Source: Escherichia phage OLB145
Length of the DNA: 64,000 nt
Strand: one strand, 5' to 3'
Sequence record: MH992123.1
Under the pieces are notes generated by a model. It ran no database searches and had not been told where the DNA came from. It saw only the letters and a program-made list of their open reading frames with translations. Each line of letters opens with the position of its first letter. Position 1 is the stretch's first letter. Below are positions 46,931-64,000 of this stretch, piece by piece. The translations under genes were made by a program, and so were the position numbers.

Positions 46931-48148
46931 TTATAGGCCGTTCAGCCGAGGTAGTTTCATAAAGTCCTCGTCACTCATTGCAAGAGGGTTAACAAGGACT
47001 TCTGTCTTACGCGGTGTAACCCGTGATGGGGATGCCGCTGCTGCCTGTTGAGTATTAGTGATTTCAGACTTAGGAGTTGCAACACGAGTTGCTACTGGCT
47101 GAACCACTGGTTTAGGTTGTTCAACAGGTTTCTGCTTAATCAAATCATTAAAACCACCATTAGCAGCAAGGTAGTTACCGACTTGATTATAAGCATCAAG
47201 GAATGCTGTACCGATTGGGATTTGGCCTAAGATTTTGAGTCGTTCAATTTCAGAAACAATACGGTCGTAAATACCGTTAGCTTTCTGTTCAACGATGGTA
47301 TTAACCAGACCACGATTTTCCAGCAATGCCTGTTTGCTGTGGTCATCCCACGTAGTCGAAATTAACTGAAGAGTAGCTTGTCCTTCTGGAGTGGATTTAG
47401 CATCTTCCAGTTCGGTTGCAAATGCTGCTTCAGCATCTGACACACGGTGATTACCAGCTTGGTATTTAACTTCCTCTTCCGGATTAATATCCAGAACATC
47501 AATACCAGATTCTTTAACCAACTTCTTAATAGCATCAGGATTCCCTTTAACTAAATCGATAGCATAAGAGAGTTGCCCTTCATCTAATAATCCGTTGTTT
47601 TCTAACATCAGAAGATACTTACGATACGGCTGAATCTCCTGCATTTTACGGGTATAGTTAGCTCCCATTTGCATCAAGCTAATGACCTCTTCAGGACTCT
47701 GAGGAGTAATCATTTTGCCGTTAGCTTTAAACGGAGCCATTATCCGTTCATAACCAGCCTTATAGTCGAAGTCAGTTTTCTGGTCTGATACCTGCTTGTC
47801 TTCTTCTACTTTTGCTTGGCCTTGCTCAGTAGTAGAAGGTGCATTATCAGTAGCAGGCTTACTGTTGCTGTCAACCTTATTTGGGTCAACTGTAGCACTA
47901 TCATTACCAGTTGTGAATGCATCTGAATTGCTTTCTGATTCAGAAGTATTTTCTACTTCAGTTGGTTCAGTAGTTACTTCTGGTTCATCAGTTTGTTCAA
48001 CTTCAACAATTGGGTCTGGTTGTGCAGGAGTATTATTTTCTACCGGTTCCGGGTTGTTCTGAATGCTTGATGGACCAGGCATGTTCAGAATCTCTTCATC
48101 CGACATTTTAAAAATGTCGGAAGCTGTTTTTGCAGCTTCCGTAGTCAT
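46931..48148 (-). CDS. putative scaffolding / capsid assembly protein
   Basis: 405 aa; acidic Pro/Glu/Thr-rich N-terminal half, helical C-terminal half; located between portal and capsid genes. Confidence 0.35.
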   Translation of the reverse strand: MTTEAAKTASDIFKMSDEEILNMPGPSSIQNNPEPVENNTPAQPDPIVEVEQTDEPEVTTEPTEVENTSESESNSDAFTTGNDSATVDPNKVDSNSKPATDNAPSTTEQGQAKVEEDKQVSDQKTDFDYKAGYERIMAPFKANGKMITPQSPEEVISLMQMGANYTRKMQEIQPYRKYLLMLENNGLLDEGQLSYAIDLVKGNPDAIKKLVKESGIDVLDINPEEEVKYQAGNHRVSDAEAAFATELEDAKSTPEGQATLQLISTTWDDHSKQALLENRGLVNTIVEQKANGIYDRIVSEIERLKILGQIPIGTAFLDAYNQVGNYLAANGGFNDLIKQKPVEQPKPVVQPVATRVATPKSEITNTQQAAAASPSRVTPRKTEVLVNPLAMSDEDFMKLPRLNGL

Positions 48149-48173
48149 GGGAGTATCTCCGAGTTAGGATTAA

Positions 48174-48521
48174 TTAAACTTCTTCAGGTTCACCACGAGC
48201 AACATCCAATGCATTCTCAATATCTGATTGGACACCTACCAGTGTTTCTGCTTTCTGAAGAGTAATTTCCAGATAACGTTTTAAACAACCAGCAGCTTGA
48301 GCCATAGCAAGAGCATCAGCACGTTGACGGTCTTCAAGCAATGGGTCACAGGATTCTTGTACATAACGAGCACAGTCTACAGTACAGAATTGCTCAAGAA
48401 TTACTTTACGGAAAAGGGAATTACCCATCAGCTTACGAACATCTTCTGCATAAGCACGAGCAGCTTTAATACCCTTCAGTTGGTGTTCCAGTCCTTCAAT
48501 TTCTTTTTCTTTGCTGTACAT
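48174..48521 (-). CDS. hypothetical late protein
   Basis: 115-aa ORF between portal and scaffold-like genes. Confidence 0.5.
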   Translation of the reverse strand: MYSKEKEIEGLEHQLKGIKAARAYAEDVRKLMGNSLFRKVILEQFCTVDCARYVQESCDPLLEDRQRADALAMAQAAGCLKRYLEITLQKAETLVGVQSDIENALDVARGEPEEV

Positions 48522-48523
48522 AA

Positions 48524-51307
<2,784 letters not shown>

Positions 51308-51327
<20 letters not shown>

Positions 51328-51934
51328 TACACCTCTCCAGAGGGACATTACCAATACGGTTAGCAATCCATCCTGTAGTGTACTCAGGCATATTAAGAGA
51401 TAAATAGTAGTTTAACTGTTTACCATCCAGAGACTTCAAAATGAGCTTACAGGCTTCTACTTTGCCTCGTTTATTCTGAAGGCTTTTATATGCACTTAGA
51501 GTTCCAGAACCGACTTTACCATCAACTTGTATTTTAGGGTAGTCTTTGCCATTTCTGGAGAAAGCATTAAGAGATTCTTGTAACCAACGAGATGGTCTTG
51601 CAGGTCCAGTATTAACACCAGCATCTACTAGTTTTTCTGTTACCGCTGGTGATACATCTGCAAACTTAACAAAGCCAGGCTTCAAGATGTAATCGTTGTA
51701 ATAAATACTTGATGCCATTTCCTGAGTTAAGTTCTTCATTGAACCATCCCAGTTATACATCGACTCTAGTTCTTGCTTATGCTTTTGAGCAACCTGAATA
51801 GTTACACCATGATTAGTTTCACCTCCTGGGTCTTTGGGGTCATTAACGTATCCGCCCTCAACAGCAAATACAGCAGCAATGATTGCTGCAATAACCCCTC
51901 CAACACCACCAACTTTCTTCTTACTTATTGCCAC
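51308..51934 (-). CDS. N-acetylmuramidase endolysin (GH108-like with peptidoglycan-binding domain)
   Basis: 208 aa; 'EGGYVNDPKDPGGETNHGVT' (EGGY motif); GTG start 51934 preceded by AAGGAGG at 6-nt spacing. Confidence 0.75.
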
Positions 51935-52184
51935 ACCAATCCTCCTTTGGTTTCAAACGAACCAATCGGCAAATAATATTCAGCACAAAGAGTGCTATAG
52001 CAATGTTATTGCCATGTGGAATATCTTTGAGGATATGTTGGGGTAATGCAGAGAAAGAACTGGATAAGACATCCACACAAGAGAAGAACAATATTGCTAA
52101 TGTGCTAATCTGAATAGATGCCCATTTCCAACAACGTTTCCAATTAGGAACCATTTCCACATGTTTGGTTAACTTGCGAACCAT
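51921..52184 (-). CDS. putative holin (two-TM small membrane protein)
   Basis: ATG 52184 after GGGAGA; two hydrophobic segments 'ASIQISTLAILFFSCVDVL' and 'IAIALFVLNIICRLV'; overlaps the muramidase start. Confidence 0.45.
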   Translation of the reverse strand: MVRKLTKHVEMVPNWKRCWKWASIQISTLAILFFSCVDVLSSSFSALPQHILKDIPHGNNIAIALFVLNIICRLVRLKPKEDWCGNK

Positions 52185-52501
52185 GCAAAAATCTCCCGTC
52201 TGGCAGCAGCCAGTATACCAATAATGATACCTGCTCCGGCCCATACCCATTTACCAAACAATCCAGCACCAACAACTTTGTGTTTGATGGTAATGAACTC
52301 TTCAATAGTAGGGGCAGACTCAGCCAGAGACTTTTCTACATTCTCTAGTCGAGTGTCCATCTTATTAATAGACAGTTGAAGGTTACGTACAGCATCATCT
52401 AAATCTTGCCGAGATTTAGCATCACGGGCATTATTTTCGAAGAGTGTCTTCATACGTTCCTCCATTCGAGCTAGGAGCACCTCTACGGATTCATGACTCA
52501 T
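52169..52501 (-). CDS. coiled-coil protein with C-terminal TM helix (possible holin partner/antiholin)
   Basis: 110 aa; C-terminal 'VVGAGLFGKWVWAGAGIIIGILAAA'; AAGGA SD directly after the upstream terminator. Confidence 0.45.
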   Translation of the reverse strand: MSHESVEVLLARMEERMKTLFENNARDAKSRQDLDDAVRNLQLSINKMDTRLENVEKSLAESAPTIEEFITIKHKVVGAGLFGKWVWAGAGIIIGILAAARREIFAWFAS

Positions 52502-52514
52502 GCTAAATCCTTAT

Positions 52515-52540
52515 CGAAAAAGCCGGGTATCCCCGGCTCT
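52515..52540 (-). terminator. intrinsic terminator
   Basis: Stem AGCCGGG/CCCGGCT (52521-52527/52532-52538), loop TATC; on the - strand followed by TTTTCG. Confidence 0.6.
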
Positions 52541-52604
52541 GTTAGTCCTAATGAACAGAGAGTGTGTTTATACACCCGTCAAATAGTACCGATATTTACT
52601 AGTA

Positions 52605-53861
<1,257 letters not shown>

Positions 53862-53890
53862 TTAATACCCCCATTGCTGGGGGTTCCTTG

Positions 53891-60464
<6,574 letters not shown>

Positions 60465-61427
60465 TCACACAATATATGAAGAGAGTGGGTTAACACTTCC
60501 AGTATCATCACCATCATCCCACAATGGGTCACCTGATGTATTAACTGGAACCATACCTGCTTGTGGTTTCCACGGGTTCAGGTAGCCAAGCATTGAAATG
60601 GTATCAATACAGTCATCCTTACCTTTAAGACCATTGATAGTGGCTAAACGAATTTGCCCCATAAAGAGTGTCATGATTGGGCTATCTTTCATTTCAGCAG
60701 GAAAATACATCTTACCAGCTTTGAACCAGGGAACCACGAGGTTAAACCTCGATAGCTTACTGGTTACAGGATGAATACCCGGTTGGCCCCCACGACTGGA
60801 TGCAAAGTTAAAGAACACATTACGGTTAAGCATTTCCTTCTGAAGAAGAGAAATAAAACCACCTTGCTGTCCAGTAGTTTCTACACCAACTTGTTGTGGT
60901 TGGTATTCCTGAACCAGACGGAATAAGTCATCAAAGTTCTTATCCATAGTTTGACGGCAAGCAATACCATCTACCCAGAACCAGTCACCATTAGAACCAT
61001 ATGCCCATACTGATATTACAGAGTAGTCAGATACCTGCTTCTCACTGGTAGCAAAGTCAGTGGTGATATAGAAGTTATAACAAGAACGGAGACGTAATAG
61101 CTGCGTGCGGGAATACCATTTAATCTCTGAATCTTGAATCAGACGTTCATCTTCAGAACTGATACGTAACATCAATTCCTGATAAAAGGATGCCAGCTTA
61201 CCTGTCTTCAATGCCATCTGGTATTGGTCATTGATGTAGTCATAGGAGAAACGGTCTTCCCAAGCACCTTGAAATTCTTCTCGCGTACATGGGAATTTCT
61301 CACATACAGGCCATACGTTGACATCCCAAGCACCAGATTCAACTGCTTCAATAAGAATATCTTCCTTATTAAAGGGAGTACCATTAAAGATTACCTTACG
61401 TCTTGTTGGGTCAAGAGCATGGTTCAC
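60465..61427 (-). CDS. terminase large subunit, C-terminal (nuclease) portion, frame-disrupted relative to the ATPase portion
   Basis: Track ORF starts at GTG 61427; this frame is open upstream to a stop at 61479-61481; contains 'VIFNGTPF' (ATPase coupling motif) and an acidic nuclease-like region. Confidence 0.6.
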   Translation of the reverse strand: MNHALDPTRRKVIFNGTPFNKEDILIEAVESGAWDVNVWPVCEKFPCTREEFQGAWEDRFSYDYINDQYQMALKTGKLASFYQELMLRISSEDERLIQDSEIKWYSRTQLLRLRSCYNFYITTDFATSEKQVSDYSVISVWAYGSNGDWFWVDGIACRQTMDKNFDDLFRLVQEYQPQQVGVETTGQQGGFISLLQKEMLNRNVFFNFASSRGGQPGIHPVTSKLSRFNLVVPWFKAGKMYFPAEMKDSPIMTLFMGQIRLATINGLKGKDDCIDTISMLGYLNPWKPQAGMVPVNTSGDPLWDDGDDTGSVNPLSSYIV

Positions 61428-62098
61428 ACCCTTATATACCGTGTCTTTAATGGCTTCATTGATGTACGTGAGCGAGCATCATCATCACTAACTAAGTCAT
61501 CCAGTACGCAAAGAACGGGACGTTTACCAAAAATCTTAGTACCACGAAGACCTGTCTTAGCACCAAACATCTTCACACCAAGACGGTGACCTTCAGCATT
61601 TACAAACTCAAGGTAGTTATCTGTGAAGGTAGCTTTAGGAATCCATTGTTGCAGGAATGGTGAATTGTTGTATCGAAACTCAATGTTCTTACGGGCAGAC
61701 TTAACACCGTTATCCATAGAGTCAGATACATAAATCATTCCTTCTACTTTACCCAAGCTAGGTAGATGCCCAAACACTGCTAAGAACAAAGTAAAGTATT
61801 CCATGAACAGAGTTGTCTTTGCTGCACCACGGAAACATAAGTTAGCAATGTACTGATTCTTACTGGTTATCTTATCCAGCATCTTTAAGTGAACAGGAGG
61901 GGTTTTGTTTGATTCCCCCTCCTTACCATTAACCAGCTTAATAAAGTTAGCAAAGGTCAGTGCAAATTCGGTTGGTATATACGTAGGGGTATTCAGAACG
62001 GAATAGTCCACTTGGTCTAGCCATTCATCCAACTCCTGTTTAATTAGTTCAGACATCAATAATATCCTCGTCTTCTCGAACCAGTGTGGAACCTGCAA
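61424..62098 (-). CDS. terminase large subunit, N-terminal ATPase portion
   Basis: Walker A 'CFRGAAKTT', Walker B 'VLCVLDDLVSDDD'; ends at TGA 61424-61426 in a different frame from the downstream nuclease portion. Confidence 0.6.
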   Translation of the reverse strand: MQVPHWFEKTRILLMSELIKQELDEWLDQVDYSVLNTPTYIPTEFALTFANFIKLVNGKEGESNKTPPVHLKMLDKITSKNQYIANLCFRGAAKTTLFMEYFTLFLAVFGHLPSLGKVEGMIYVSDSMDNGVKSARKNIEFRYNNSPFLQQWIPKATFTDNYLEFVNAEGHRLGVKMFGAKTGLRGTKIFGKRPVLCVLDDLVSDDDARSRTSMKPLKTRYIRV

Positions 62099-62741
62099 TT
62101 ACTTTAGTAGGTGTACCAGCTTCAATAGCTGCTTTCTGAGCTTCAGCCAACTGGGTTAGTGTGTTCTTGAGTTCAGTCAATCCAGAGTTTTCTCTCAAAT
62201 CCAGATTGATATTAGTAACAGCATCCTTCGGTTTCTGGAGGTGAGTAAGGATAGAGTTGGCAGCATCACACTGTACCTTCTCACTGGTAGCATTCTTCAT
62301 GAGCCATGCCTGATGGTTCAATGCTTCCTGAAACAAATCCTGATTAACAATCCATACTGGAATCAGTGATTGTTCCATAATGAGGTTTACTAACTTACCT
62401 CTATGGTAAGCAGATACATAAGCAGAGATGTCCTTCTCACTGGTTCCCCTTGCTACTAATTCAGCTTGTCTGTTGGGGAATGTTTTGAAGTAAGCATCTT
62501 TATTGCTATACCCCATGTGTTTGTAAGTAACATATTGAACAGCATTAAGATAATCCTGGGTCTTAAACTTCCCATCCTTCATCACCCCAGCATAAGTCAC
62601 AAAGTTATTTCTAATTTGCTCTGCTGCTGTCTGGTCTTGGGTCACATTGTTAATCATGTTTACCAGTTGGTCAGTAACACTGCTTTTAAACTGGGGAGGC
62701 AATGCAGAAACAATGTCTTTCTTAGTCAGTAGTGTGCTCAT
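62049..62741 (-). CDS. putative terminase small subunit (N4 gp69-like by position)
   Basis: 230 aa, first gene of the - strand late cluster, AGGAAG SD, 3' end overlaps the terminase ATPase gene. Confidence 0.4.
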   Translation of the reverse strand: MSTLLTKKDIVSALPPQFKSSVTDQLVNMINNVTQDQTAAEQIRNNFVTYAGVMKDGKFKTQDYLNAVQYVTYKHMGYSNKDAYFKTFPNRQAELVARGTSEKDISAYVSAYHRGKLVNLIMEQSLIPVWIVNQDLFQEALNHQAWLMKNATSEKVQCDAANSILTHLQKPKDAVTNINLDLRENSGLTELKNTLTQLAEAQKAAIEAGTPTKVIAGSTLVREDEDIIDV

Positions 62742-62826
62742 AGTCTTCCTACAAATTATCTAGAGTGAAGAGGATTCTTTTCTTGGGGTTAGCACCCCTT
62801 GCAGAAACCTATACATAGATTTAGAC

Positions 62827-62854
62827 TTTAGACTTTCTTTAGTCTCCTTACAAT
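62827..62854 (+). promoter_or_regulatory. candidate sigma70-type promoter overlapping direct/inverted repeats
   Basis: -35-like TTTAGA (62827-62832), 16-nt spacer, -10-like TACAAT (62849-62854); overlaps tandem TTAGACTT/TAGACTT and the imperfect palindrome TAGACT-TTCTTT-AGTCT. Confidence 0.25.
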
Positions 62855-62901
62855 AGTAAGACAGAGACATGGGGAGCCTATTGCCCAAAGGAACCAGTAA
62901 C

Positions 62902-63210
62902 ATGAGGCTATTCTATAGTTTTGACGGTAATGACCAATGGAATGAGATAGACTTCAGTAAAATAGGTGGAGCTATCCCAGTTGGAGGGGCTATGCCAGGT
63001 GACCATATCTTATGTCACGATGAGGAGTCTTTCCATTACATCTCAGGTATGATGTTAATCAATAACGTCACTGGATTTACTGTACATAAACCTGCACCAG
63101 TACGTGTCATTACCAAGCCTATCGAGGGTCTTGCATTCTTTACAAGAATACCTCAAAGTATCTCTATCAAACGACAGCGTGACGCCATCGAGATGACCGT
63201 GGTTGCTTGA
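62902..63210 (+). CDS. hypothetical protein
   Basis: Track ORF 62869-63210; ATG 62902 has AAGGA upstream. Confidence 0.45.
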   Translation: MRLFYSFDGNDQWNEIDFSKIGGAIPVGGAMPGDHILCHDEESFHYISGMMLINNVTGFTVHKPAPVRVITKPIEGLAFFTRIPQSISIKRQRDAIEMTVVA

Positions 63211-63373
63211 TAAGCCATTGCCCGCCCAGGAGTTGGTGGCGGGAAACAGGGAACTGTTTGAATAACCACTTCAGCTACATTCACCTATCTCCAAGACGCC
63301 TTTGTTATCTGCCATTGGGTGATGAGTAGTATCAGAGAGAACTGATTTAACAAACACACTCGGTATAGGAATT

Positions 63374-63400
63374 GGGAGCCATCTGGCTCCCTTTTTCTTT
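63374..63400 (+). terminator. intrinsic terminator / attenuator hairpin immediately upstream of gene 63421
   Basis: Stem GGGAGCC/GGCTCCC (63374-63380/63385-63391), loop ATCT, then TTTTTCTTTT; AAGGAG SD at 63409-63414. Confidence 0.65.
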
Positions 63401-63420
63401 TATGAACCAAGGAGTTCTAT

Positions 63421-63786
63421 ATGAACATTCGTCCTAATGAAGTCTATGGTATCAACCTAGAATACACTACAAACAAACCTGCTCTATTTCATTGTGGTTC
63501 CACCAATCTATTTCATGCTATGTGTGGTAATACCAAACCCCTTTACTTACCCGAATCGGATGATACCCATGCTCTACTAGGTAACTGGTTCTTAGAAGGT
63601 AAAGACATTAGTACCATTCTTCTTGAACCAAGGAAGAAAGTAGCAATACCTACTAATGCATGGAATAACGAAGTCATTTACTTCCTAGCACCAGAAGGCT
63701 TTGAACCAGTGATAGAACAGAATCACTTTAATCATGCAGTTACTTTCTACTTCAGAGAGACTTCAAAGATACCTGCTTATAAATAA
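63421..63786 (+). CDS. hypothetical protein
   Basis: 121-aa ORF with AAGGAG SD at 6-nt spacing. Confidence 0.55.
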   Translation: MNIRPNEVYGINLEYTTNKPALFHCGSTNLFHAMCGNTKPLYLPESDDTHALLGNWFLEGKDISTILLEPRKKVAIPTNAWNNEVIYFLAPEGFEPVIEQNHFNHAVTFYFRETSKIPAYK

Positions 63787-64000
63787 GGAAAGCTATGTGG
63801 TATATAACAGTTAAAGGTTTATCCGAACCAGTGATGATAGATAGCCTGGCCTTCGTAGAAGTAGGTCATCCTATTCTTATAGAAGGTAAGTTGTATGAAG
63901 TTGTTAGTATTTATAAGAGATAAATAGGAAGTCTATTAGATAGATACCCTATAATTTTTTCTTAGTGAAAATAGTCATAGTTACTTATGAGTTTAGTATT

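Noticed and set aside
61424-61481. Programmed ribosomal frameshift in the terminase gene
   Set aside because: No obvious slippery heptamer or downstream stimulatory structure in the overlap, and terminase large subunits are not known to use programmed frameshifting. An indel (sequencing error or mutation) is more likely, though frameshifting cannot be excluded from sequence alone.

Overview
This window reads as most of the genome of an N4-like podophage (Schitoviridae). Bases 1-28333 carry early/middle genes on the + strand: the C-terminal end of a T7-like RNA polymerase II large subunit, an Ig-like capsid decoration protein, a small-membrane-protein + SPFH lipoprotein pair, an HNH endonuclease, an AAA+ ATPase + VWA pair, dCTP deaminase, ThyX, rIIA/rIIB-like proteins, a MazG-like protein, an SF1 helicase, a family-A DNA polymerase, a Cas4-like nuclease, a primase-like protein, a P-loop ATPase, an SSB candidate and a RuvC-like resolvase. 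A tRNA cluster (Asn, Ser, Thr, Pro) follows, interleaved with two degenerate tRNA-like elements, long perfect hairpins and about 0.4 kb of ORF-free structured sequence. Bases 28371-62741 carry the late genes on the - strand: a 3500-aa virion RNA polymerase, virion proteins, major capsid protein, portal, a lysis cassette (holin, GTG-initiated GH108 muramidase, Rz with embedded Rz1), a 1382-aa tail-sheath-like protein, an appendage protein and the terminase. Two short + strand genes sit at the right end. The most notable observations are a terminase large subunit split across two reading frames, a DUF2829 (Tad2-like) protein with an N-terminal extension, the phage-encoded SPFH module, the pseudo-tRNA/hairpin region, and hairpin-T-tract elements sitting directly in front of many ribosome-binding sites. 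Protein-family calls rest on motifs read by eye and on gene sizes and order recalled for coliphage N4; no database search was run.
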